NCBI GenBank assembly: GCA_965205015.1
Contig: OZ242029.1
Coordinates: 1,088,001 to 1,152,000, forward strand
DNA: 64,000 bases
Reading direction: 5' to 3'
Origin: Candidatus Poribacteria bacterium
Lineage (GTDB): Bacteria > Poribacteria > WGA-4E > WGA-3G
Below, piece by piece: positions 37,722-45,946 of this stretch (within the stretch, counting starts at the first letter, position 1; every line of letters starts with the position of its first letter). A program made the translations under genes and the position numbers. Below the pieces are notes generated by a model. That model saw nothing but the letters and a program-made list of their open reading frames with translations, did not search any database and was not told where the DNA came from.

Positions 37722-39029
37722 TTAAAAACGTTTCGGTCTGAAGGATGGGATACCGGTTTTATCAAATCGTTTCTTGACGGCTTGCATCAGTTCAGGGGTA
37801 ACCTCGCGATGCCCGTGTTCGCGTGCGTATTTCTCAACACTTTTGACGACCATCCCCCGCGCAAACGACGGCACACGCTTCAACCTTTTTTCTGCCGCCG
37901 GCGTCCACCGTAAATCGTAATCGGTTTCCGTTGCGAAAGCAATCTTTTTTTCTATTTGAACAGGCGGTGCACCATATTGACCGGGCTGATACTCACATGA
38001 GCCATCTTCGGCGAGATAGTTGCCAGTCGTGGCGTATGCACGCGCCCTGCAACCCCCGCAGACCTCTCTGAATTCACACGCACCACATTTCCCCTCAAGC
38101 AAATCCCGATTCCGCAACTCCTGGAAGGTCCCCGATTCGTTCCAGAGTTTAACGAAACTCTCCTCTTTGAGGTTCCCGACACTCACAGGTAGATAGGGAC
38201 AGGGGGTCAGCTCGCCTTCAGGCGTGATACGACAGTAGTAAATTCCGCACGGACAGGTGCCACTGGGATACCCCTGAAGGAACGCAGAATCGGATTGTTG
38301 TTCATAAATGACGCGTTTGTAATGCGGTGCACACTTCGCGGCGATGAGCATTTTTCCAGCATACGCCGCCTGTAACTCGAAAAACGTTTCAAACGCCTTT
38401 TCGTATTGCGCAGGTGTAATGTCCATCACCGTCTTACCCCTCCCGGTTCGGACGAGGAAGTAGAGATTTAGCACCTTCGCGCCGAGTTGATACGCGTACT
38501 CCACAATCTCTGGAATTTCATCGTAATTCCACTGCGTTACGGAGGTCTGAACGAGGAAGTCGAGTTGTGCGCGTTTGAGTGCTTCTACACCGTTCATCGT
38601 CGCTTTCCACGCGCCCTCCATCCCACGAAACCGGTCGTGGTTTGTCGGCTGGATAGAGTCAAGACTAATGCCTGCCCCGGTAACACCGTGCTGCTGCATC
38701 TTCTCGACGACTTCATCGTTTAACAACACCCCATTTGTACCCATGACAACAAGAAACCCGGTATCGGAGGCATACTTCGATATCTCCAAGATATCCGGGC
38801 GTAATAGGGGTTCACCACCGGTGAGAATCAGGAGGATGTGTGGGTTGATTTCGGCTATCTCATCAATGACGCGAAAACATTGCGCTTGGCTCAACTCCGT
38901 ATCCTTGTGATAACCGTGTGGGAACTCATTTGTGTCAACAAATCCGGCGGGAAGATAGCAGTGTGTGCACTTTAGATTACACAATCGGGTGATATTCCAT
39001 GAAACCGCCTGAACTTTTGTGTCTGTCAT
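37722..39029 (-). CDS. Radical SAM/SPASM protein (AhbC/AhbD/NirJ-like) with C-terminal PCP_red domain
   Basis: CNLKCTHC, LTGGEPLLR, SPASM CGACEFREVCGGCRARAY, tail WTPAAEKRLKRVPSFARGM. Confidence 0.85.
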   Translation of the reverse strand: MTDTKVQAVSWNITRLCNLKCTHCYLPAGFVDTNEFPHGYHKDTELSQAQCFRVIDEIAEINPHILLILTGGEPLLRPDILEISKYASDTGFLVVMGTNGVLLNDEVVEKMQQHGVTGAGISLDSIQPTNHDRFRGMEGAWKATMNGVEALKRAQLDFLVQTSVTQWNYDEIPEIVEYAYQLGAKVLNLYFLVRTGRGKTVMDITPAQYEKAFETFFELQAAYAGKMLIAAKCAPHYKRVIYEQQSDSAFLQGYPSGTCPCGIYYCRITPEGELTPCPYLPVSVGNLKEESFVKLWNESGTFQELRNRDLLEGKCGACEFREVCGGCRARAYATTGNYLAEDGSCEYQPGQYGAPPVQIEKKIAFATETDYDLRWTPAAEKRLKRVPSFARGMVVKSVEKYAREHGHREVTPELMQAVKKRFDKTGIPSFRPKRF

Positions 39030-39045
39030 GTTTTTAGATTTGAAA

Positions 39046-39528
39046 TCAGTTTTTTAACAGCAATGTGAGCGCGAAGACAATTAATCCCGTTACCAGCATC
39101 AAACCGCTCCACACATTGATATACGGGCTTGGGTCATGATATATTTTGTCATTAGGAGGGGTAGCCTCAAGGTGTCGTCGGTAGAGCGAACTATATAAAC
39201 TCCAAAAGAGGACCATTACGCCGAACGCCGCAAGTTTTGCGACAAACGTTAACATATAAGTTCTGAAATTACCGTCACCACTCCCCGTGAAAAAGCCGTT
39301 ATTCCATGCAACAATAAAGAATACCATCGCGCCTGTCGTCAGTAGCACATGAATCATCAATCGGATCAAGACCCGAAAACGATTGTGAATTGCCAACAAG
39401 TTTTGCGGTGGTAAGTTGCGTTGTAGAATTGGCATCGCGACGAAAGTAGAAAAAATAATACCCCCGAACCAGACAATCGCCGCTAACAGGTGGACACCTC
39501 GAATGATAAGCTCTACGCTCTCCCGCAT
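39046..39528 (-). CDS. CopD/DUF4149-like 4-TM membrane protein
   Basis: VHLLAAIVWFGG and four hydrophobic helices. Confidence 0.65.
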   Translation of the reverse strand: MRESVELIIRGVHLLAAIVWFGGIIFSTFVAMPILQRNLPPQNLLAIHNRFRVLIRLMIHVLLTTGAMVFFIVAWNNGFFTGSGDGNFRTYMLTFVAKLAAFGVMVLFWSLYSSLYRRHLEATPPNDKIYHDPSPYINVWSGLMLVTGLIVFALTLLLKN

Positions 39529-39556
39529 TCTTTTCCAGAATCCCTATTTTTGATAA

Positions 39557-39585
39557 ATGATACCACATTTTACGTCCAAAGTCAA
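39557..39585 (-). promoter_or_regulatory. Sigma70-type promoter
   Basis: Minus strand TTGACT-17 nt-TATCAT with extended TG. Confidence 0.6.
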
Positions 39586-39668
39586 ATTTGTCTTTGCTCT
39601 ACACATTTGATTCAAGATCGTAAAAAACTGTGAACGACGCGGTGTTTCATACAGGTCAAGACGACGCA

Positions 39669-40538
39669 TCACGGTTTTAAATTAACGAAAATCAGTGCAA
39701 TCATTGCAAGCAGCGCACCGATGAGCGGGATTCGACCTAACCGCTCCCGGAGGAATACCATACCAACGAACATCGTGAACAGCACTCCCCCCGAACTCGA
39801 CATCGGAAAAGCAATCAACGCACTCACCTTATCCAGCGCGATGAGCAACGCCCAACTGCCAGCGACATTACAGACGCCTATGAGCGTGCCGTAGAAGACT
39901 TCCCACCAATTCGGCCACGTTTTCTGATAGAGGCATATCCCGAGATAAATCAGTGTAGCGACGCCGAACAGCAGACTCATATAGAGCGATTTCTCGTCAA
40001 TAGGACACATCTCATTGAAGGCTTTCATGGTGAGTCGCGAGATACCGGTGATAAGCAGAATCGTAAGCGCAACAGCGAACCCCAAACCTTGCGGCATTTC
40101 CGGTCTGTCAGGCGTAAATTTGTAGGTTGGCTCTTTTTCTCGCTGGCTGAGGAGCGGAATCGCCACGAAAGTTAAGAGAAGTCCTACGGCTTGCCAGAGA
40201 TTGGGAATCTCCTTCCAGAACAGCATCGACACCAAAATCGGAACCACAATCGAGAGTCTAACGAGCGCTGCTGTGACGACAATCCCGCTGAGCCGGATCC
40301 CAAGTGTAAATAACTCAAACCCGGCGGCATACGTCACACCGTTTGATATACCTAAGGCGAAAGTTAACTTTGAGAACTCGAAATCCTGCTCCTGTGACAG
40401 GACCCAGACGCTGATAAAGAAAGCAACGAGGTAGTTAACAAAACCGATCGGATTTAAGCGTTGTTGATTATCCTTGGCATGCTTGAGAAAGAGCCCAAAA
40501 CCGGAAAGTAGGACGATGTTGAGTACGAGGAAGAGCAT
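39669..40538 (-). CDS. EamA/DMT-family transporter
   Basis: Ten TM helices in two repeats (FWKE, FLRERL). Confidence 0.8.
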   Translation of the reverse strand: MLFLVLNIVLLSGFGLFLKHAKDNQQRLNPIGFVNYLVAFFISVWVLSQEQDFEFSKLTFALGISNGVTYAAGFELFTLGIRLSGIVVTAALVRLSIVVPILVSMLFWKEIPNLWQAVGLLLTFVAIPLLSQREKEPTYKFTPDRPEMPQGLGFAVALTILLITGISRLTMKAFNEMCPIDEKSLYMSLLFGVATLIYLGICLYQKTWPNWWEVFYGTLIGVCNVAGSWALLIALDKVSALIAFPMSSSGGVLFTMFVGMVFLRERLGRIPLIGALLAMIALIFVNLKP

Positions 40539-40549
40539 AGGCTTTAAAG

Positions 40550-40632
40550 ATTGAAAGGTTGGAAGGTTGGAAGATTGGAAGGCGAAGTCTCCTTTCCATC
40601 CTTCCTCCCTTCCTGTCAAACCCTTCCATCCA
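40550..40632. repeat. TTGGAAGG octamer tandem with inverted CCTTCCAT arm
   Basis: TTGAAAGG TTGGAAGG TTGGAAGA TTGGAAGG followed by CCTTTCCATCCTTC...CCTTCCATCC. Confidence 0.6.
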
Positions 40633-40639
40633 AGTCCGT

Positions 40640-41617
40640 CTATTCCTCCATCGGTAAAGCAACTTTGGTTCCCTCTTTCGCGGATTGATAGGTTGCCAAA
40701 ACGACTTCTACGGCGTGTTTCCCACCCCGACCGTCAATCATCGGGGTTCTGTCCTCTCGGACACAGTCGACAAAATGGGTTAACTCGCCGACGACCCCGT
40801 GGGGTCCATCTCGATCAGGCACGATTTCTTGCCACTCCCCACCTCGCTTTTTAAGATAGGCGAGATCGGCTGCCATATCCAAGCGAAGCGAGCCTTCGGA
40901 GCCGTCAATAATGGTTTCGTTGGTGCCGCGTGCACCGAGGAATCCGCCCCATCGCAGAATCCCCACCGCGCCGGAATCGTACCGGATGAGGGAGACGGTG
41001 TAATCTTCCCAATCGTCATGTCCAGAAAAACTGCCGACTTCAGCGGCGACGGTGAGTGCAGTGCCACCGAACCAATTAATCAGATCGGATTTGTGGATGC
41101 CGTTTTCCAGAAGTCCACCGACAGTGCCGTACCAACTCTCAGGACGATTGCGCGGGGCATTATAGGGACCCGTGTAATCCGTCTCAATGTAGGTAATGTC
41201 TCCGATATCGCCGGCATCGACCATCTGTCTCCCGAGTTCGTGGACCGGATAGAAGCGTAATACCTGTCCTACCATCAGGTGGGTTCCCGCCTTATCCGAT
41301 GCCTCGATCATCGTGTCCGCATCTGCGAGGGTCAATGAGAGCGGTTTTTCACAGAAAGCATGCACGCCCGCCGCAGCGGCATCAACGACGACCTGCGTGT
41401 GCGCGACAGGTGGTGTCGCAACCACGACAGCGTCCACAACATCAAATAATTCCTGATAGTCTTGGAAGGCGCGAATTTGATGCCGTTGGGCGACGGCTTC
41501 TGCCGCGTCCAAGCGGAGATCTGCTATACCTACAAATTCACAATTTTCAACATTCGGGAGCGAGTTGCAATGGGCATTTCCCATGCCACCGACTCCGACT
41601 ACACCTATGCGAACCAT
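40640..41617 (-). CDS. Gfo/Idh/MocA oxidoreductase
   Basis: GVVGVGGMG, HAFCEKPLS, GGLLENGIH. Confidence 0.9.
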   Translation of the reverse strand: MVRIGVVGVGGMGNAHCNSLPNVENCEFVGIADLRLDAAEAVAQRHQIRAFQDYQELFDVVDAVVVATPPVAHTQVVVDAAAAGVHAFCEKPLSLTLADADTMIEASDKAGTHLMVGQVLRFYPVHELGRQMVDAGDIGDITYIETDYTGPYNAPRNRPESWYGTVGGLLENGIHKSDLINWFGGTALTVAAEVGSFSGHDDWEDYTVSLIRYDSGAVGILRWGGFLGARGTNETIIDGSEGSLRLDMAADLAYLKKRGGEWQEIVPDRDGPHGVVGELTHFVDCVREDRTPMIDGRGGKHAVEVVLATYQSAKEGTKVALPMEE

Positions 41618-41670
41618 TTTGAACCTCCTCTATTCAAATACTTGTAAGAAAGGTTTTCAATCTTGAATCT

Positions 41671-41748
41671 TTGTGGGAGGGGTTTCCAACCCCGATACCA
41701 CCATCTTAGCTTTTTGTGGGAGGGGTTTCCAACCCCGATACCGCCATC
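41671..41748 (+). repeat. Two GTGG-type REP palindromes
   Basis: TTGTGGGAGGGGTTTCCAACCCCGATACC twice, 44 bp apart; the second overlaps the RAYT 3' end. Confidence 0.85.
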
Positions 41749-42212
41749 TCAAATTTACATCGCCAATATGGATAATCCCTTGCTACTTCAACAAGTCCCT
41801 TTCTGACAGGGTTCTCATAACAGTAGCGAATCATTTCATTCAAAGCGGCCTCTCCGCGAATCCCGGAGTCGTGATACCCATCTTGCCAGAAGGTTCCTTC
41901 CCGCTTGAGCAATTTGTTAATCTGACTTGCTGTAAAACGCTTGAGAGTATGCATAATGTCAGGTAAAGTATGTTGTGTGCGTAGTTGAATGATGGCGTGC
42001 AAATGGTCGGGCATAATCATGATACAGTACCACCTGATACGCTCTTTGGTTTCAAGCCATTCAAAAGCATCAAAAATGATTTGCACGACACCGTCTTTTG
42101 TAAGAATCGGTTTGCGGTTGTGCGTGGTGGTAGTCAATAAATAGAAGGCTTCTGGCACTGAATAGCGGCCCTTCCGCAATTGACGATAACCTTTCCTCTT
42201 ACTAGAACGCAT
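41706..42212 (-). CDS. rayT: REP-associated tyrosine transposase (RAYT, Y1 HUH)
   Basis: YLLTTTT, IMPDHLH (HUH), FWQDGYHD, YCYENPVRKGLV, YPYW; flanked by REPs. Confidence 0.9.
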   Translation of the reverse strand: MRSSKRKGYRQLRKGRYSVPEAFYLLTTTTHNRKPILTKDGVVQIIFDAFEWLETKERIRWYCIMIMPDHLHAIIQLRTQHTLPDIMHTLKRFTASQINKLLKREGTFWQDGYHDSGIRGEAALNEMIRYCYENPVRKGLVEVARDYPYWRCKFEMAVSGLETPPTKS

Positions 42213-42220
42213 CTTCAAAT

Positions 42221-42400
42221 CCTCCACAGAAATTCGGGCTTACAAAGCCCTCCCACAAGAGTTCAAACCTCCACAGAAATTCGGGCTTACAAAGCCTTCC
42301 CACAAGAGTTCAAATCCTCCACAGAAATTCGGACTTACAAAGCCCTCCCACAAGAGTTCAAACCTCCACAGAAATTCGGGCTTACAAAGCCCTCTCACAA
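42221..42400 (-). repeat. Four tandem 47/48-bp units, each carrying a GTGG-type REP
   Basis: CCTCCACAGAAATTCGGGCTTACAAAGCCCTCCCACAAGAGTTCAAA at 42221, 42268, 42316 and 42363 (reverse complement GTGGGAGGGCTTTGTAAGCCCG). Confidence 0.9.
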
Positions 42401-42435
42401 AAAAAAGAAAACCTGACTTAATCTTCGTCAGCAAC

Positions 42436-43131
42436 TTAAGTTCGGGTTTTCATTAGCCATTTTACAATTGAGATCGCGATGACGATACCAAAAGCGAAAA
42501 GAATCCATTTGATGTGTGGCGATGCACTTTCACCGAGGTAAGAATACACCAAGGTGGCTGGTATTTGACCGAGCCCGGTGGCGATCCAAAACCCGAGAAA
42601 CCGCATCCGAGTTGCCCCTGCAAAATAACTGATAACATCAAAAGAGATGAACGGCATCAAGCGAGCAATAAGAATGGCGTAAGTGCCATATTTCTCAACG
42701 AAATCGTTTGCTTTCTCAACTGCTGGTTGACTGATGAACCGCGTAATCCGTTGGATCCCGAGATAACGGGCAATATAGAAACAGAATGCCGCGCCAACCA
42801 TCGAGCTGCTCCACGACAAAAGTGAGCCCCACCAAAATCCAAAGAGCATGCCGTTTGCAAAGGTAATCAGGAATGCCGGCAGCGGTGCGATAACGCTCTG
42901 AAAGACCATGAGTATCGCCGATACAACAGGTGCGAGTGCGCCATAACCCGCGATATACGCCCGTGCTGTCTCAAGACTCTGAAAAGCCGCGGTGAGTTCA
43001 AGGAAATATTCCCAAACTTGTCTATGGTAGACACCACCAAACACCACCCCCATCGGCACCACAAGCAGTAGTATAACAAGACGCTTTTTGTGGACGGAAA
43101 TCGAGCGGAATCTATCTATTACCTTACACAT
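42436..43131 (-). CDS. TVP38/TMEM64 (DedA/SNARE-associated) membrane protein
   Basis: QSVIAPLPAFLITFANG, ARLMPFISFDVISY. Confidence 0.85.
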   Translation of the reverse strand: MCKVIDRFRSISVHKKRLVILLLVVPMGVVFGGVYHRQVWEYFLELTAAFQSLETARAYIAGYGALAPVVSAILMVFQSVIAPLPAFLITFANGMLFGFWWGSLLSWSSSMVGAAFCFYIARYLGIQRITRFISQPAVEKANDFVEKYGTYAILIARLMPFISFDVISYFAGATRMRFLGFWIATGLGQIPATLVYSYLGESASPHIKWILFAFGIVIAISIVKWLMKTRT

Positions 43132-43162
43132 CTTTTCTGAACGGCAGAACGGCGTCTGCCTA

Positions 43163-44122
43163 CTACTTTGCTTGCCGTATCAAAGCATGATTCATGCGTT
43201 CCCGAAGCCGCTGTATTTTCTCATCCGTCCAACTGTAAAAGCCTTCCTTAGATTTTACGCCGAGTTTCCCAGATTCAACCATCTGTCGAAGGAGCGGATT
43301 GATATCAGATGAACTGTTTAGATCCTTATAGAGTTCTTCAAAAGCGGCAAGTACGAGGTCCCAGCCTGCGAGTTCAAAAACTTCAAAGGGACCGGCGACG
43401 CTGAGTCTACGTCCAAAGCTGTTGCGGACGACGAGATCTATGGTCTCTGCGCTGGCGATGCCTTGCTCCACAATAGCAAATGCTTCCCGAATCAAAGCGG
43501 CTTGCAGTCGCGGTCCGACGAAACCGAGTGCCTCTTTCTCAATAATCGCAGGTGTTTTACCGATCGCTGTTAAGAGTTCAAACGCAACCTCAACCGTTTC
43601 ATCAGATGTATCGGGACTCCGAATCAGTTCGACAAGGGGAATCAGATAAGGTGGATTAAAATAGTGGGTATTGAGTATCTGATCCTTGCGCTTTGCATTT
43701 ACACCGATTTGGCTCGGCATTAATGCCGTCGTGTTGCTCGCCAAAATTGCATGCGGTGGACATATTGTGTCCAATTTACCGAATATCTGCTGTTTGAGCG
43801 TCAAATTCTCCGTAACGGCTTCCACGACAAAGTCTGCATCTTCTACGACTGCTTCAAGTTCCGTAGAGGTCTGAATTCGCTGTAGGGTTCCGGAAATATC
43901 GTCCTCTTGAATAATGGCATTTGAGGCGAGTAGATTTAGATTTTGCGCAATTTGGGTGCGCGCGATTTCGAGTTGCTCATTGGTGACATCGTGCATAAGG
44001 ACGCGGTACCCTGCGCTTGCAAACTCCTGCGCGATACCGTGTCCCATTAATCCTGCACCGATGACTGCGATTTGTGCGATTGGGCGCAAGCCTATAGAGG
44101 AGACCTGCGGGACAATAGTCAT
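43163..44122 (-). CDS. 3-hydroxyacyl-CoA dehydrogenase family
   Basis: VIGAGLMGHGIA, VEAVTE, LASNT, HYFNPP...LVE. Confidence 0.9.
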   Translation of the reverse strand: MTIVPQVSSIGLRPIAQIAVIGAGLMGHGIAQEFASAGYRVLMHDVTNEQLEIARTQIAQNLNLLASNAIIQEDDISGTLQRIQTSTELEAVVEDADFVVEAVTENLTLKQQIFGKLDTICPPHAILASNTTALMPSQIGVNAKRKDQILNTHYFNPPYLIPLVELIRSPDTSDETVEVAFELLTAIGKTPAIIEKEALGFVGPRLQAALIREAFAIVEQGIASAETIDLVVRNSFGRRLSVAGPFEVFELAGWDLVLAAFEELYKDLNSSSDINPLLRQMVESGKLGVKSKEGFYSWTDEKIQRLRERMNHALIRQAK

Positions 44123-44817
44123 TTTTTCTCCTTTGCGGAAGAGCCGGCAATAACAAGGGTAAATTCCCCGCGCGGCTCAGTATTTCGGAATTTCTCCAAC
44201 GCTTCACTCACATTCCCACGAAATACCTCTTCAAACCGTTTTGTCAACTCGCGTGCGATGACAATGTCCCGTTCACCCATCACTTCGAAGACATCTTCAA
44301 GAAAACGTCGGAGCCGATGCGGGGATTCAAAGAGAATTAACGTCCTTTCTTCGTCAGCGAGTACACCTAATTGACGCTTTCTCTTCCCAGATTTTGGAGA
44401 GAGGAACCCTTGAAAAATAAAGTTATGTAGGGGGAGCCCGGAGATGGATGCCGCTGTGATGACCGCTGATGCCCCAGGAATCGGAACGATCGGGATCGCT
44501 GCGTCGATGCATCCGCGTAAGAGTGGATACCCCGGATCAGAGAGAATCGGCGTGCCAGCATCTGAAACGAGCGCAATTGTCTCACCCGTCTTCAAGCGTT
44601 CGATCAGCTTGTCCCCCTTCATCTGTTGGTTCCCCTCAAAGTAGCTTGTGAGCGGTGTCTGGATATTGTAGTGTGTCAGCAGGCGGCGTGTTTGACGGGT
44701 ATCCTCAGCGGCAATGAGATCGACCTCTTTGAGGATACGTAAGGCGCGCAAGGTAATATCTTCTAAATTTCCAATGGGTGTGCTAACGAGGTAAAGCGTG
44801 CCGAGTGGCGTGTTCAT
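44119..44817 (-). CDS. rsmI: 16S rRNA C1402 2'-O-methyltransferase
   Basis: LYLVSTPIGNLEDITLRA, AEDTR, VSDAGTP, FESPHR, RELTK. Confidence 0.95.
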   Translation of the reverse strand: MNTPLGTLYLVSTPIGNLEDITLRALRILKEVDLIAAEDTRQTRRLLTHYNIQTPLTSYFEGNQQMKGDKLIERLKTGETIALVSDAGTPILSDPGYPLLRGCIDAAIPIVPIPGASAVITAASISGLPLHNFIFQGFLSPKSGKRKRQLGVLADEERTLILFESPHRLRRFLEDVFEVMGERDIVIARELTKRFEEVFRGNVSEALEKFRNTEPRGEFTLVIAGSSAKEKK

Positions 44818-44933
44818 TTTTTTAATGGCTATCGGAAACCATCGACTGCCGGTAGGCTTGTAGGGACAATCCCTTGGGGTGGTTCCCATTTGGGCAGGCA
44901 CAAGACCTACCCCTACACCCTGACCGATGATGG

Positions 44934-44975
44934 CGACGCAGGTCTCCGTGTGTGGGAGACCTGCGGGACAATGCT
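44934..44975. repeat. Dispersed palindromic repeat (also 45893-45934; half copy at 44099-44117)
   Basis: CGCAGGTCTCC-GTGTGTG-GGAGACCTGCG-GGACAAT. Confidence 0.75.
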
Positions 44976-45022
44976 ATTCTTCTTTCTTGTGATATTGTGT
45001 ACTTCATGCTAAATTACCCAGA

Positions 45023-45838
45023 ATGAAAACGACCTACACCACGCTATGTCTTCTCTGGTTGATAGTTCCAGTATGTGCGGAGGTGCCCCCTGACAAAAAA
45101 CCCTTTGAATCGGCGCGTCCCCTGTATGTCGGCGTGCGGGCATTAGGGATGGGCAACGCCTTCACTGCTGTCGCTGACGATGCCAGTGCGGGTTTTTGGA
45201 ACCCAGCCGGACTCATCCAGTGGCAGGGCGTGAAACTCTTCGCCATCAATAAGTTTCATGACCGAAGCGATTACCGATTCGACCCAAAGGGTATCGGCTA
45301 TAGCTACCGTGGCTATAGTCTATTTTGGGGAAACAAAATCGCCATTGGTGTCGATAGCGGTGTGCCGGATTTCAACTACTACGGCATTGCTCGTCAACTC
45401 GGTCCGTACCTTGCCGCGGGATTAAGCCTCAAGTTTAAACGACGACATCCCTCCGATGTCTATCAATTCTTCGGCTACGAGACGGCGTATGATCTCGGAT
45501 TCCTCTTCAAACCGCATCCGAATCTCAAGTTCGGGTGCCTCGCGCAGAATCTCAAGGGGTATGGTATTCAATGGCTGACCCTGGGCACCGCTTACCGCTA
45601 CACTGCGTATCAATTTTCGGTAGATGTCGCACTCTCTACGGAAGGTAAAACCCCAGAGTTGTACATTGGTGCCGAGTGGGATCGGTTTCCCATTGTCCCT
45701 ATCCGACTCGGCATCTCAAACGGGGCATTCACAGTCGGAATAGGGGTTGCGTGGAAGGGCCTTCATATCGACTATGCCCGAATTTTTGAGAAACCTTCCG
45801 CATCCGATTTCATTGGAATAGTTATCAATTTTGAGTAG
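45023..45838 (+). CDS. PorV/PorQ-like (UPF0164/FadL-type) outer-membrane beta-barrel
   Basis: Signal peptide; GVRALGMGNAFTAVADDASAGFWNPAGL; alternating beta-strand pattern. Confidence 0.75.
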   Translation: MKTTYTTLCLLWLIVPVCAEVPPDKKPFESARPLYVGVRALGMGNAFTAVADDASAGFWNPAGLIQWQGVKLFAINKFHDRSDYRFDPKGIGYSYRGYSLFWGNKIAIGVDSGVPDFNYYGIARQLGPYLAAGLSLKFKRRHPSDVYQFFGYETAYDLGFLFKPHPNLKFGCLAQNLKGYGIQWLTLGTAYRYTAYQFSVDVALSTEGKTPELYIGAEWDRFPIVPIRLGISNGAFTVGIGVAWKGLHIDYARIFEKPSASDFIGIVINFE

Positions 45839-45946
45839 TCAGGTGTCAGTTAAGATATGTCGTGATTAAGCCAAAACCTCTTTAACTGACTGCGACGCAG
45901 GTCTCCGCGTGTGGGAAACCTGCGGGACAATGCTGAACGCTGATGG

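Noticed and set aside
42221-42400. Possible CRISPR array
   Set aside because: Units are near-identical along their whole length with no unique spacers, no cas genes are present, and RAYT-associated REP tandem repeats explain them.
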